Assembly: GCA_040954595.2 (NCBI GenBank)
Contig: CM082584.2
Location: 248,001-312,000, forward strand
DNA length: 64,000 bases
Reading direction: 5' to 3'
Source: Balanoglossus misakiensis
Lineage: Eukaryota > Animalia > Hemichordata
Made by a program: the position numbers and the translations under genes. The first letter of the stretch is position 1. Each line of letters starts with the position of its first letter. Of this stretch, positions 1 through 12,525 are shown one piece after another. The notes beneath the pieces are model-generated. The model worked only from the letters and a program-made list of their open reading frames with translations, did not search any database and was not told where the DNA came from.

Positions 1-85
1 ACAGCACAAGTGCAATAAAAAGAGCCTGCTGTATTCACACACTGGCCTCCACAAAGATCTGCTCTCTCCATATATTCATTGACAT
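1..85 (-). pseudogene. Calcium-binding EGF-like exon (copy A, cut by window edge; first Cys replaced by Tyr)
   Basis: Acceptor tttcag, then phase-1 DVNEYMERADLCGGQCVNTAGSFYCTCAV. This matches the cbEGF consensus D-x-N-E-C...C-x-N-x-x-G-S-[FY]-x-C-x-C except for C>Y. Confidence 0.75.
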
Positions 86-415
86 CTGAAATCAAAGATA
101 GTTATTATTAATAAATTTATTATTATTTATTTCCTAACAAATGTAATACACATCCATCTCAGTGCATTTTCTACAGAAAATAATAAAATTAGAAAACAAG
201 TGAAAGCTTAAAGGATAAAAATTACACTTAAAAACCCCAAACAAACAGAAACAGTTCTGAAAGACAATCCCTATAAACCAAAAAAGCAATGGAATGAAAT
301 AGTGCTGAATAAAAGGACGAGTCTTAAAAACCCCTTTGAAAACTGTCAATAGATCCAGCATTGTGGATAGAAGGTGCACAAACACTGAATCCTCTTTAGC
401 CATATGCCTTGTTAA

Positions 416-1210
416 GATGGGTCCCCCGTATCTTTTTGCCCGTTGCTATGGGCCTATATAGGACATTACACCCCGATTTGGACTAAGCCGTTTTCAGAGT
501 CTAACAAGGGGCTGGCAACAAGTTGAAAATCTGCACGATTGTGAGCGCGCGCCCCCTGACGCCATTGATATGCAATTTAGCTAGGTCAAATTTCAAAAAG
601 CCTAAGGCTTTTTATTCCGTGACCTAAAAAACGAACTTGATACGTATTCATTAGTTGCTCGAACCAGGGAAGATCGTGACGGATTTTGTTTTCGAATATT
701 ATCGTTGTATCCTACGATTTCAGCATACCCGTACCACACCTGAAAAAGTCATCGATTTTGGGTGTTTTTGGACGCACTATTCCACCGGTATCGCTTCTTA
801 GCACGATGAAAACTGAAAAAACGATCTGTCACACTGTGCGGAAGTACGTTCTCAACAAGCAGGTCAAATTTGGCTGGCCTACGTCGCCTGTGAAAAAAGG
901 CTTAGGGATTTTTGTGAACGGTGCAAAATCTCTGTGTACAAAACATTGGATTTTTAGCGTTCGATCCAGTTACTGTGGTTACGGGACGCGCACGCTATCG
1001 CTGACCGCTGCTTTGCCGTATTAGCGTGGCGGCCTATGGCCGGGCGGTAGCTGCCGTAACCATACTCGGACAGAGTGTGTGCACACTATCGTGCGTATTT
1101 TTAACTGGTTACAAGCCCCTTGTCGGACGTTTATAACGGTTTCGATCAAAATTGAGTGTAATGTCCTGTAAAGGCCCATAGCAATGGGCAAAAAGATAAG
1201 GGGTCCCATC
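416..1210. mobile_element. Non-autonomous DNA transposon, Kolobok-type (TTAA TSD, GA...TC termini)
   Basis: About 55-bp imperfect TIRs (gatgggtcccccgtatctttttgccc / gggcaaaaagataaggggtcccatc); TTAA on both sides (412-415, 1211-1214). The paralogous empty site has a single TTAA at 19627-19630. Confidence 0.88.
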
Positions 1211-1828
1211 TTAAGTTTTGAAATGATCATTCACGGTGATGAGTTATCAAGAATATACCCGTTAAAAATTACTGTACCCTCAGAGAAGCATTTTGTAATG
1301 TCTTTAAAATTTGATGAAAACTATATGAATTTTCTAAGTGTATATTTATTCATTTGCAGAGGTAATTTACTTAGCTATAGGTTGATAATTTATGTTAATT
1401 TCAATGAATTATGCAAATAAGTAGTGAAAATACTTGTACATGAATATATCAGACAGTCTTATAGTGTCGTGTGAGGTTGATGACACATATTCTTAACCAC
1501 ATATTTCTTGATCAATTAATTGTGTTTACACCAAAGTCCTCAATATCCATGGCAATCTCTTCCTAGGAATTGTAACACTCTCTCCAAAATCCCCTGAAAC
1601 TTGTGTACCCTGTCAGCAAAACTTTGTCTGATTTTTAAAATACAGATTACTTTTTCACCCTTGCAAACACATTTTCAAAGATAAGTTTTCACATTTGTTA
1701 ATTTGTTTATATTATGCATAATTATAATTGGAACAATTCTAAGATACAATTTCAACAAACATGTGTTCAGTACGAGTGTGCGGTTGATTTCAAATTTTAA
1801 AATGTGTGCAATGGATAGACAGGATGTG

Positions 1829-2025
1829 TGTTTAGCTGATTGTAACCATAGCAATATGCAATCCCCAAAAACAGTGTAGCCACAGAAGAGACCAATGTTT
1901 AGCTGATTGTAACCATAGCAATATACAATCCCCAAACAATGTAGCCACAGAAGAGACCAATGTTTAGCTGATTGTAACCATAGCAATATACAATCCCCAA
2001 ATAATGTAGCCACAGAAGAGACCAA
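1829..2025. repeat. About 65-bp tandem repeat x3 (intronic)
   Basis: Unit tgtttagctgattgtaaccatagcaatatacaatccccaaacaatgtagccacagaagagaccaa; paralogous units at about 20232-20286 and 21035-21178. Confidence 0.9.
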
Positions 2026-2042
2026 AATCCACAGTTACATAC

Positions 2043-2165
2043 CGCCACATGCATGGCCATCTTCCAGCAGATAGAATCCTGGTCTGCAAGCGCAGAGATA
2101 ACTACCATGGGTATTCTGACAACAGTGTTGACATGCATTTCCACCACTGTGACATTCATTCATAT
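2043..2165 (-). CDS. Calcium-binding EGF-like exon (copy A, open, phase 1-1)
   Basis: cttaccttccag acceptor, GTATGT donor, 123 bp: DMNECHSGGNACQHCCQNTHGSYLCACRPGFYLLEDGHACG. Confidence 0.8.
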
Positions 2166-2740
2166 CTGGAAGGTAAGAAGAAATTAGAAATTATTTACAA
2201 GCATTACATTATTCAAGATAAGCCTACTCTTGACTACTGGAATCTCACACCAAAGACACCTGGGCTCAGATTTATAACAAGATGGGGATAATTTGTCTCA
2301 ATTTGATCATTTGAGACAAAATATCCCCAAACTTATATATTGTCGATGTAACATTATAATATAGTTATATCACTGTCAGGCATTTATGTCCTACAGTCAA
2401 GCGGTTTTAGGCACCTGCAGTCATTTTGATGGAGTTGGTTTGAATCCCACCAGTGCCAGAAGTGTGAGATGGTCAACTGGACTTGAGGCGTTTGAGTTCA
2501 ACCAAACTTTATTTCTAAGTCTAGGAACTGCATGCACCAACTAAGGCCTACAAAATGGCTTCTGGATTGAAGAGAACTCACAAACACATGCAATCACTTT
2601 TATAGGAGTAAACAGGTGTTAAAATAACATGTAAATTTTAGAGTTTTTTTTTGTTTAATAAGATTTGTATTCAAATTCTATTTCTGAGTCTTACATAGTG
2701 ATGACCTTTTGTCATGCATTGATGTCATGCAACCACTCAC

Positions 2741-2803
2741 TAATTACACACATGTGTTGGTGAGTATCTACAACCACATGTTGAACCTCTTTAAATTGGA
2801 CAC
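2741..2803 (-). CDS. Short phase 1-1 exon of unknown domain (copy A only)
   Basis: ttgcag acceptor, GTGAGT donor, 63 bp, open: GVQFKEVQHVVVDTHQHMCVI. Deleted in copy B. Confidence 0.45.
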
Positions 2804-3099
2804 CTGCAATCCAAACAATTTCTTCAGTCCCTTTGGTGTTAGACGGGTTTGACTGTACTTGAAAGTGCAGTTGATATACAGAACAAAATGCTAAAAATAG
2901 AAATTGCAGACACAGTGACCCTTTAAAGGCCCTGCTCAACAGTTGCGTGCTAACACAAAGGATTTCTTATTTGTCTTCATTGTTCTGCCCTGAGATTGAG
3001 AAAATGGCCTTTAATATGTAAAGTGTCAGTTGCAGGTGCATGGCAGTACAATTGACATGATCCTTTAATTTTACAGTGCAATTATAAGATAATACTTAC

Positions 3100-3207
3100 A
3101 AATCCTCCAGACATTATTCTGAAGAGAGATATGTATGCTTCCTGGCTGTTATTCACAAACTGGAACTCCACAGTGCGTGAGTTTTGAAACATGGCACCAA
3201 GTGATTG
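3100..3207 (-). pseudogene. MED25: MED25-like ACID/PTOV domain exon (copy A)
   Basis: ttttccccacag acceptor, GTAAGT donor, 108 bp phase 0-0. QSLGAMFQNSRTVEFQFVNNSQEAYISLFRIMSGGF aligns without gaps to recalled human MED25 [36 protein letters not shown]. Confidence 0.82.
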
Positions 3208-3419
3208 CTGTGGGGAAAAAAATTGACTCCAATCACCATCCCTTGTGCAGGCAAAAGATCATGATATTGCCCTCGCTAACATGTGTTATTATTTAAATAT
3301 TTCACCTCTACTTATGCAATGAATTAATGAATACAAAGTGTTGTAGGTCATCCAACATGAGAATGTCACTAACAAAATTATCATTGAGTTTCAAATCCCA
3401 AGTAACAGTGGACTTATAT

Positions 3420-3475
3420 AGTTTATCACCCAGATGAAATTTTTTATCTAAATCTGCTCCTGTCGTATAAGGTTG
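3420..3475 (-). pseudogene. MED25: Possible eroded MED25 ACID exon remnant
   Basis: After aacaaag it reads QPYTTGADLDKKFHLGDKL, resembling the two ends of the expected KPKPASVDANTK...HGENL segment with the middle lost. The donor looks degenerate (atataagt). Confidence 0.3.
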
Positions 3476-3739
3476 CTTTGTTAAGACATACAAAGGGAAA
3501 TGATTGCATTGCATGTACACTGTGTGCCTCTGGATGAAAGACCAATCTGTGTATTTCCTTGATGGGTACTACCACACGTTGTTCAGCCAAGCTCATAATT
3601 TGTGTAATGTGTACCCTCCAAAGATACATCTGGAAGCACCCTAAAAAATGCTCACTATCCAACATGATCCAACCACAATAACCCCATTGACCTACAGTCA
3701 ATTGTTTTAATTAGTTATTTGTATGTGAGCTGTACACAC

Positions 3740-3908
3740 CTCTTGCCATTCCAAGGCTCCGTGCCAAACAACACTTTTCTGCTGTTGTTGTTGTTGTTGT
3801 TTTTGTTGTTGTGGATCAACTTGCTGCTGGTGAGTCAACTTGATGCACTTGAGCTGTAGAGGGCACTGGTATGTCCAGATCCATCGGTAGTGAAGTACTG
3901 GTATTAGC
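3740..3908 (-). pseudogene. MED25: MED25-like exon: poly-Q linker plus start of ACID/PTOV domain (copy A)
   Basis: ttacag acceptor, GTGTGT donor, 169 bp ending QQQQQQQKSVVWHGALEWQE (cf. MED25/PTOV1 AWSGVLEWQE). The 5' half reads more plausibly in another frame (ANTSTSLPMDLDIP), suggesting a frameshift. Confidence 0.8.
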
Positions 3909-4775
3909 CTGTAATAACACATACAAATCATGACTGTAAATAATTCTGTATTATATTATATCATGCTACCGTCCACAATTCTGATTGGACGAGAGCTCAA
4001 TCCAGCGATGCTAAAATTAAGCAATAAAACATCCCTAGCCATGGTGTACCACGAGATTTTGACCAGTTCACAACATATACGCAAGAGTGATAGCGAGTGC
4101 GTATATGGAGTTGAACTGGTCAAAATCTCGTGGTATACCATGGCTGGGGGTGTTTTAATGCTATTATATTATGCCAGTATATTGAAACTTTGCATAAAAC
4201 CTTTTAAAAAGGCATTTTCTTTGACTATGATATATGACTGTGGTAAATAAAAATATTACAACCATTTTACGGAAGTACCGATTTAGGGTAATGAAAATTT
4301 TAACAACCACAAAAAAGGTGTTCTACATCACCACAATATGATGAATTGGTTGTCAATGGCCATGTAAACAAGTTGTATATTTGTCGTTTGAACTTTAGAA
4401 TCTGGATTGTATGATTTCAAATATTTGCTTAGCAACAGATACCCAAGCAGTCACGCAGTTACACCCATTGGAAAATTGTATCACCCACACCAAGGTGGGT
4501 GGAAGTTGGTCCTGGTGCTTTTTTTTCCCATGATTCAAATTACAGTAAATGCCATATTAGAAATTCTGCCAACTTTCCCTCGATTTTGTAAAAAAATATG
4601 ATGACTTATACATGACAAATATTTTTTTTTCTGAAAGAGTGACCTCAAAGCTACCAAATTATGTAGAAATTACCTGGACCGGATTTTCCCTTTAAGGATA
4701 GATTGTTCAAGACAAAAGTAATGGCTTGAATAGAATATTACATGCACATTTCTATTAAGGACACCTCTGTATTAA

Positions 4776-5306
4776 AGGGACAAAGTCTCTCTCTCGCTGC
4801 CCTTTTTTCCATTAATAATGTTTGATACAAGACACTGTTTATGTTAATGTACATGTGTATATGTAGTAAATAAACGTTCAACCATACACAACTTCCATCC
4901 CGCGTGTATGATATGGGAGTAAAAACTCACCCAAAACGAATAAATGGTAGAGACTGATTATTCATTTTGGCGAGTTTTTTCACTCATGTCCACAAGCAGT
5001 ATATATGTTACTTTTTATCTACTTTCTGGGGGCATTGCAGGGTTGTTCTTCATTAAGTTTTTGGGATTTTTTTTTCTTTTGTGTCTTTCTTTTATGGCGT
5101 TGTTTCTGGGTTTGTTTTGTATGTTTTTTTTACAGTATGGGCATACGGCCTGAATTAAAGAATAAATAAATAAATAAATATACTTTGTGTGTGGTTGAAT
5201 ATTGATTCACTATATATCCACATGTAGAATAACATAAATAGTGTCTTGTATCAAATATAATTAATGGAATAAGGGGCAGCGATCGGGAGAGAGAGCCTGT
5301 ATCCCT
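4776..5306. mobile_element. Kolobok-type MITE with a nested (TAAA)n-tailed insertion
   Basis: TTAA flanks and long TIRs (agggacaaagtctctctc / gagagagcctgtatccct). Family copies at about 27299-27655 and 36880-37224. The segment at about 5004-5180 ending in (taaa)n is absent from the paralog. Confidence 0.8.
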
Positions 5307-5505
5307 TTAAGGACATGTTGTGTGATCCCAGAGGTGCCCTTACTAGGCAGGTTTCAATGTACTTCACATGTGAGTTGTACTTTACTGTCGGTATGGAATC
5401 ATTTCCTGGTTGACATGGTGAGCTTTACATACAGATAAACCACCTCAAAAAGTGGGGGCTATAACTAGAGAATGATCTTTAACCTCAGAATTTTACCATA
5501 ATTAC

Positions 5506-5604
5506 CTTGAATATCGTAAACTCTTCATATCGTCAAATAACTGCACTGCAGTACTTAGACCTTCTGAAATCATACTGTATTTCTCACCTGCTCCTGACAA
5601 AAAT
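5506..5604 (-). pseudogene. MED25: MED25-like VWA domain exon (copy A)
   Basis: gtatttcag acceptor, GTAAT donor, 99 bp phase 2-2: [32 protein letters not shown] vs recalled human [32 protein letters not shown]. Confidence 0.85.
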
Positions 5605-6039
5605 CTGAAATACAACACAGTACAATTATTTAACAACAGGTGTATGTAAACAATGTCTACTCCGATTGTAGACAGATTTGGTTAAACATTTTACGAAACA
5701 TTTAAAGGTAGGAACCTCTAATAAAAGCCAGTGAGTCAAAGGACAAAACTGAGACTTTGAAACAGTAACCCATTGCCAAGTGTGACAGGGTGATGCGATC
5801 AGGCTAATAAAGGAGTTTTAATTTACCTTAGTATACTAAATTTAGAATAAACGAAAAAATCTACGATTAAAAAACAACTGTTACAACGGGTTGGCGAAAA
5901 CAAATATAAGGAACCCCCCCCCTCCCCCCCCAAAAAAAACAAATGTGGTAAAGGGGTCCAACATTTTGCACACCATCACTTTTCGGCAGTCAGTCTGCAT
6001 TCAAGCCAAAGGAGCAAACCTAATTGCAAGAAATACCAC

Positions 6040-7085
6040 GACAATACTAACCGTATAGTAAATAGGTGAACAAGTATCTTCAGGGTGGCTAAAACAAAAA
6101 TGATTACCCCCCCCCCCCCAAGACATGATGGAAGGTTCCAAAAATTTGAATCCCATCATTTTAGTTCTTGTGGAGCCCCATTGAAACCAAAACATCAAAG
6201 AAAAATAATATTTTTAGCAAAATATTGTATGAGAAGGGAGTAAATCGGCCAACAAACAACTTCGGAGTGGCCAAAATGGAAGTGCCCCCCCCCCCAATAA
6301 AAAATGATGGGGGGCCTATAATTTGCACCCTATTATTTTTGGCCAGGTGGGTCCCCTCCAAAGCAAAAACAACAAAAACAAATTAATTGTAGCCCAAATT
6401 CCCATGATAATAGAGTAAATAGGCCAACAAACAACTTCGGAGTGGCCAAAATGGAAGTGGCCCCTCCCCCAAATAAAAAATGATGGAGGGGCCCTATAAT
6501 TTGCACCCAATTATTTTTGGCCAGGTGGGTCCCCTCCAAGGCAAAAACCACAAAAATAAATTCATTGTAGCCCAAATTCCCATGATGATAGAGTAAATAG
6601 GTGAACAAATATCCTCGAGTGACCACAACAGAAGAGACCCCCCGAAAAAAATTGATGGAGGGGCCCTAAAAATTGCACCCCATGATTTTTGGGTAGTTGG
6701 GTCTCCATTGAAGCCAAACAGCAAAACAAAAAACAATTTTAGCACAAAAATCCTACGGGAATATACATCATACCACAAAATGGAAGTACCCCCCCCAGAA
6801 AAATATGATGGAGGGCCCTTAAAATTGCACCCCATCATTTTCGGGTAGTTGGGTCCCCATAGAAGCCAAAACAGCAAAAAAATCTATTTTAGCACAAAAA
6901 TCCTACGGGAATACACATCATACCACAAAACGGAAGTACCTCCCCCCCCCCCCCAGAAAAATATGATGGAGGGGCCCTTAAAATTGCACCCCATCATTTT
7001 CGGGTAGTTGGGTCCCCATAGAAGCCAAAACAGCAAAAAAATCTATTTTAGCACAAAAATCCTACGGGAATACACATCATACCAC
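6040..7085. repeat. Complex tandem repeat (about 150-180 bp related units with poly-C tracts)
   Basis: Recurring gatggagggggccct(a)taa(a)ttgcaccc...gggtcccc motifs in about 6 diverged units. Confidence 0.8.
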
Positions 7086-7243
7086 ACTAACAGGTTTGAC
7101 TGTATGTTGATCTGTGTCATGAATAGCAGACATTTACCAATGACTGATTGTACACTATATGATTTCAGTGTCACATATACATGTATAAGACACTAAGTAC
7201 AAACCCATACATCTTACTTTCTCTCCAAATTGTAGATACTCAC

Positions 7244-7355
7244 AAACGCATGTATGTTGAATCCTGGTCTGCAACCACACTCTGGTAACTGGTTGGTGTG
7301 TTGCAATCTACTTGTTGGCATGGTGACCAACCAGCTTGATCGCACTCATTGTCAT
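7244..7355 (-). pseudogene. Frameshifted calcium-binding EGF exon
   Basis: ttccccgcag acceptor; DDNECDQAGWSPCQQVDCNTPTSY then ECGCRPGFNIHAF in a shifted frame; GTGAGT donor. Length 112 bp is not divisible by 3. Confidence 0.72.
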
Positions 7356-8098
7356 CTGCGGGGAAAACACAAATATCATAAAATGTGTTAGAATGAATAC
7401 ATGTGAATTACAGTTTTCTTTGAGTACACATTTGAAAATGTACGATAAGAGAGCAAAATTGTGTGAAACTTAATAAATATCATCTGGCATATTATAACTT
7501 GGTCATTACATATGTTTATCTGTACCAGTACTGTATACTGATAAACAAACAATGTAGTAACCACATTACATTTAACAAGGTAGTGTTTGAAAGCCAAAAA
7601 TATCATGCACGAGACAACAAACTCATTTTTTGGCTCCGAAGTGTAAACAGGGGAGTCTGTCAAGTTGGGTATGAGCTACTAGTAGGCAACTTTCAGTCTC
7701 GAGAGACTATGGCATGATGCACTATGATTTAAAACAGCTTCGTGAGTGGCTTGTCAGACCAATACGGGAATGACAATCCTTCCTGCAGTTGGAGCACAAG
7801 AACTCTGATGCAGCAGTTTCAGTTGCGCACTGCATCTTTCGCCGTCTGTCAAACTACTTCCATCCGTCAAGAATTCATACCATTTTCTAGTAGGGGTGTT
7901 TTTGGCGGTGGTGTGTAGCTTTGAGGTGTTGCGGAAGAATTGGAACAGGGGCAGAAATCGGAACGGATTAGCCAGCAGTGTTTTTGCTACCCGCGAGAAA
8001 AAAGTTTGGCGAGACGATTTTCATACAAATTAGTCAAACTTGCGAAGCACTGCTATCTAACATCGTCGTTTGTTTTGACATGATCAACTTGCCATGAT

Positions 8099-8672
8099 TA
8101 GACTGTCGACAGTCCCTCGCGCCTAATGTGTATCGACTCGGCGTTTCGTTCGAGGGCCGTAAGGCCCGTATCTTTTGAGGGCCGAAGGCCCGATTCGGCG
8201 TTTCGTGGTGCGATGGCCGTAAGGCCTCGGGCGTGGGCGTGGCCCGAGGGACTGTTATACCTTGTTTCGCCCTCACACGGGCACTGTGGGAAAATGCCCC
8301 TGTAAAATGATTGACAGTTAATATACGTCATAAACTCATAAACGGCAAAGATGTTTTTGTGGCGTCGCCAACGGGCACTGGGAAGTCTTTGGCGTATGAA
8401 ATCGCACCTTTTCTCTTGGACAAGATCGGCGAATTTACCGAGGAACCGTCATCGATAGTTTTGGTTGTATCGCCGCTGATTCACGCCCCCATATGCAAAT
8501 TTTACTACGTCATTTTCTGCACGCATAATTAATATCAAGGCAAGGCTTACAAGCTATAACAGTCTCTCGGGCCTTACGGCCCTCGCACCACGAAACGCCG
8601 AATCGGGCCTTCGGCCCTTGCACGAAACGCCGAATCGATACACATTAGGCGCGAGGGACTGTCGACAGTCTA
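8099..8672 (+). mobile_element. Non-autonomous TAG...CTA foldback transposon carrying a RecQ-type helicase fragment (AcademH-like)
   Basis: About 100-bp TIRs tagactgtcgacagtccctcgcgcctaatgtgtatcga; 8-bp TSD gccatgat (8091-8098, 8673-8680). Internal ORF 8311-8532 reads GKDVFVASPTGTGKSLAYEI...IVLVVSPL (SF2/RecQ motifs I and Ia). Confidence 0.8.
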
Positions 8673-9890
8673 GCCATGATCAGTGCACTACAATGCGTGA
8701 AAGTGGACCGCTGTTCTGTTCATTGATCATCACCCCCTGTATCATGAACATTGTATAGCAATCCATTGAATTCAGCTCTTCCAGCTAGTGGCCGCACTCG
8801 CTTGATTTCCTGTGTGTGTCTCTGGGGACACAAATAATGCATATGCGTCTTTTTCTAATTTGCATATTTTGAATGGGTTAGGTGTGCCCTGACTTGAATG
8901 CGTCAAGCATACAGGTTGTTATGGAAGTTTCTTTTTAGAACCACTAGTGTTAGTCTGTGGGCCCAACCAGCAAAAAAGGTTCTAGAAATGGTATTATGTT
9001 GTATAGGCATTTTGTTCTACATGAAATTAGCTGGAAATGACGGGTGGGAAACTATTGATGTGAAATCAGGTCACTTCTACCGAAAATGATGGACCAGAGA
9101 GCAATGACTATTTTAATTTATTTCATATACTATGTTCACAACTGCTATGCTCCCATAAACTGGGGAAACTAAATGATTGTACTTTCTGTTTGAACAATTC
9201 ATGTATTTTTTTCGCTACCACCTACACTACTATAGTCAGCACATGACAGTATATACTTGAATATGGATAAATTTTATCAAAACACTTCAGCTGATCTTGA
9301 ATGCTGTCTGATATTTTTTTTTTCCAAATGTATTTCTTTCACTTTTAGACTAGTACTTCTGCTTGCACTGTTTTTTTCAAAACACATTTCTCATAGTTGC
9401 ACTGGTGCAATTTGATATGACATACACAATGAATTCCATCAGTATAACATAAGATACAGAATCTGAGAGGGAAATGACAATATATTTGTGTGAGGCCATT
9501 TGTGAGTGCAGGCCATTTTTAAGACTTAATTTAAAACAGTTATTAGAGCCCAGGACAAGTGGTTTTTCCCCCTGTCAAGCACCCACCTTATCAGGCTGCA
9601 TTCAATATTACATGAGCAAATCAGTTCAGCATTTCACTGTGGTGTTTGCACTGTTCTCCAAACATTCTGCTCGTCATCCACTACACACTGAGAGAGCACC
9701 AAGTGTCCTTGACGCTATATTTTTAATTTCTAACTATGGAAAGTGCCTGATAACTTTAAATTATTTTCTTTTTTAACATGGTGACTGACTGTAATCTCTG
9801 CAACTTACAACTTCTGTAAGCACCCTTTTGTGGCAGGAAATGCAAAGCCATTGTTAGCCTATACCCTCCCCACTCAAAAAAAAAACTTAC

Positions 9891-10010
9891 CTAAACAATT
9901 GACATGATCTGCACTCAGAGAAAAACCATCATCACCACAACTACAGCTGAATCCACCCTCTGCATTGTGACAACCTCCAGCACAAACAGAATCTGAACAC
10001 TCATTCACAT
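9891..10010 (-). CDS. Calcium-binding EGF-like exon (open, phase 1-1)
   Basis: ctgttttcag acceptor, GTAAGT donor, 120 bp: DVNECSDSVCAGGCHNAEGGFSCSCGDDGFSLSADHVNCL with six Cys. Confidence 0.82.
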
Positions 10011-10339
10011 CTGAAAACAGAAAACAAAAACATCCATTGTAATTATTCAAGTCAATACCTATCCTCCCTTCCTTTAAAAATTTTCTTAAATTGAACAAAT
10101 TCACATGGCTTTGAAATTAAGTATTAACAGTGATATTTCTAATATTTCTAACAGGCCTGACTTTTCTAAACGTTCAGTTTCTTTGTGGATTTGTAGAAAT
10201 GATGTACAAACTGAGCTGTCAGGTCATAACTGTTTGTGCTTTGGCATGAACACATATCCCAGAATGCCCTACAGGGTTGGCAAAGAAATTGATAAACTCT
10301 TCACCTAAAATTTCAAACTCGTAGATCTTAATTATATAG

Positions 10340-10750
10340 ATTCTCACACTCCTGGCATGCTGAGAGTGTGGGATCAGAGTGTAAGAACAAATCAATCCCA
10401 CACACTCACTGAATCGAAAGCTGTATATGACGCGAGCGCTGATTGGATGACAAAGCGTTTTTCAATAACGTGCGCTAAATGTTATCCAATGACAGGATAA
10501 AGAAACTACAACATGCCAGATGACAACTCAAGAGTCATTTATTCAATGTTTTAAGACGAATTTGGCTAATTTGTGCCCGTGTGAGAAATATAATCTCATA
10601 CACAAAGGACCTAGGATCATATTTCCCACACTTGTCAGGGATGTTTTGTCCCACATTCGCCTGCGGCTCGTGTGGGACAGAAAATCCCCAACTCATGTCA
10701 GAATTATGACCCCTAGTCCTTGGGAGTGTAAGATTCTATTAATCTCACAA
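10340..10750 (+). mobile_element. Interspersed repeat with terminal hairpin (tcgcctgcggctcg core)
   Basis: 10340-10590 is similar to 62443-62700; hairpin centred on cacattcgcctgcggctcgtgtg. Confidence 0.5.
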
Positions 10751-11258
10751 CCTTAGGACCTGGGATAAGATTTCTCAGATGAGTTGGTGAAATTTTTGCT
10801 TGTGTTAGTCAACATATACCTGATAAGTGTAAAAAATTGCATCAAGGACACAGTGGTCCCATTCAGTCTACACGGAGTACATATACACAGTCAGATCGCA
10901 CGGTGCTCATTTGCATATGAAAGTTTATCAAGCGAGCGACCGTTAACTTTCAAACAGACTGCAATAGGCCAATTTTCAAGGTGATTTTCAACTTGATTTT
11001 TATGCTCTGTTGTGCAATAAAATACCATGTTAGCTGGATAAATTACGAAAGTGATTCCCATTTTTCACTGCAGACGTAAATTTTATGAAAATCTGTCGGT
11101 AATAGTAGAAGTTTTTAACGTGTTTTCAGTGGTATGTTGGTGACCCCGAAAGAGACGTCCACAAACGTGTCAAAAATCATTTGAAAACGACCTCGGAAGT
11201 TAACCAAACTTTCCTGACAGAGAGGTCTAATATCGGTCCCGACATCCGTGAAAAGAAA

Positions 11259-12525
11259 TTAATTCGAAATGCTATTTTCCATATTATGATGTTCAGTATC
11301 AGTGATTGGTGATGGTGATTCTAATAGTGGTGACTTATCTGTATATTTTGGGCATACCCCATACTTTTTCGATGTGGTACAGAATCCAGGGTTCCCATTA
11401 TGTGGATTACTGCAGTCATTGCATTGACACGCAGGGCCACAACCATTGTGGGTCTTATAAACATTTACAACATCTGCTATTACAAGTTGGCATCTTTTTG
11501 CAGCCACACCCTTTTGTTAGCAACTCCAAATTATTTTTCACTTTTTCTAAATTGGCATCACTGTCCCAAATAATATCAAGTTCGCCGTTGCTTAGTCTGT
11601 ATCCATAATTATTGAATAAGGGAAACGTAACATGGCACTGATCGGCCTGGGACCATAACTGAGAGACCCAGCATGATCTTTTCCAGTGCAGTTGTAGGGC
11701 TTCAAAGGAAGGGATACATTCTTCCTCATACTGGATACGTGGCCAAATTGTTTCTCGTATATATGTAAGCCATTTGATGTGGTTATCTTTAAGACTGTTA
11801 GTGACACTGGCTACTTGTTGATAAAGTTCAAAAGGATGAGATGCATCAAATGCTTGGAAATGTTTCTTAACATAAACACTACCTTTTAAACGTATGAAAG
11901 CGAAAATTCCATTCCCTACACTGTCTACTGTTGTGTCTATCAGTGTTCCAGGTATAAGGGTGCCACTAGTTATAAATTCAGGGTATTGAAAAAATGTCTT
12001 GTAGAAAGATATCTTTCCGATGCCTGCAAAGTATAGTCACAACCTGTGCATATGAACACTGTTTGAAATATTTTGCCTACATATTGGAGGGGAATATGTT
12101 GCAAATAAGGGTCTAAATTTAAATCTGATTTGAATTGATTCATGTCTAAATAAGTGAGATTGGATAAATCATTATCCAGTTGTACAAATATCTCCTTTTG
12201 AACATGTTGATATAGTACTGGGAGGAGAACATGATAAGTATTGGTATCAGGGGAGTAAATAACACCTTTCTTGTAAGAGGACTGAACTGCATGAAGGATG
12301 CATCTACTGTCAGCTTCTTCATGACAACTTTTGGCTTCCCACTCAGACACAATTCCATTACTACCGACGAAAAGACTCTTGTCCCTATTTTCCCCATCAA
12401 AGCCACCTGCTGTAATGAGGACATGATCACCTTGCAGAGCCGGTACAATTATTTGTAAAGATGTGGCTGACAAGAAGTTCACTAGTTTTCTCTTGCTTGG
12501 CCTACAATTAATGTATGTTTTGAGC
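11259..12525 (-). pseudogene. Academ C-terminal region: XPG/FEN1-like nuclease and CXC-like Cys finger (frameshifted)
   Basis: SCHEEADSRCILHA...YSPDTNTY...ICTGCDY (PIN/XPG acidic motifs) and GCGPACQCNDCSN. Confidence 0.78.

Larger units (their letters stand above)
1..5813. repeat. Segmental duplication copy A of the MED25-fragment/cbEGF cassette
   Basis: Near-identical and colinear with 19205-28418 apart from indels. A has insertions at 416-1210 and about 5004-5180 and lacks about 22565-26769; B lacks about 2171-3024. Confidence 0.92.

Noticed and set aside
686-1024. 112-aa ORF inside the TTAA element
   Set aside because: No transposase motifs; non-ATG start; internal MITE sequence.
1829-2025. 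Short array resembling CRISPR, and ORFs 1675-2025 / 1899-2159
   Set aside because: Head-to-tail 65-bp repeats without spacers; the ORFs are off-frame readings across an intron and an EGF exon.
2395-2458. tRNA-like A/B box sequence (ggtttgaatcccacc)
   Set aside because: No cloverleaf can be formed; at best a decayed tRNA-derived SINE head.
2927-3010. 84-bp TTAA-flanked mini element
   Set aside because: TIR match is short and imperfect, and the paralogous site is deleted, so it cannot be validated.
8311-8532. Host RecQ helicase gene
   Set aside because: Only motifs I/Ia are present, enclosed within TIRs and a TSD.
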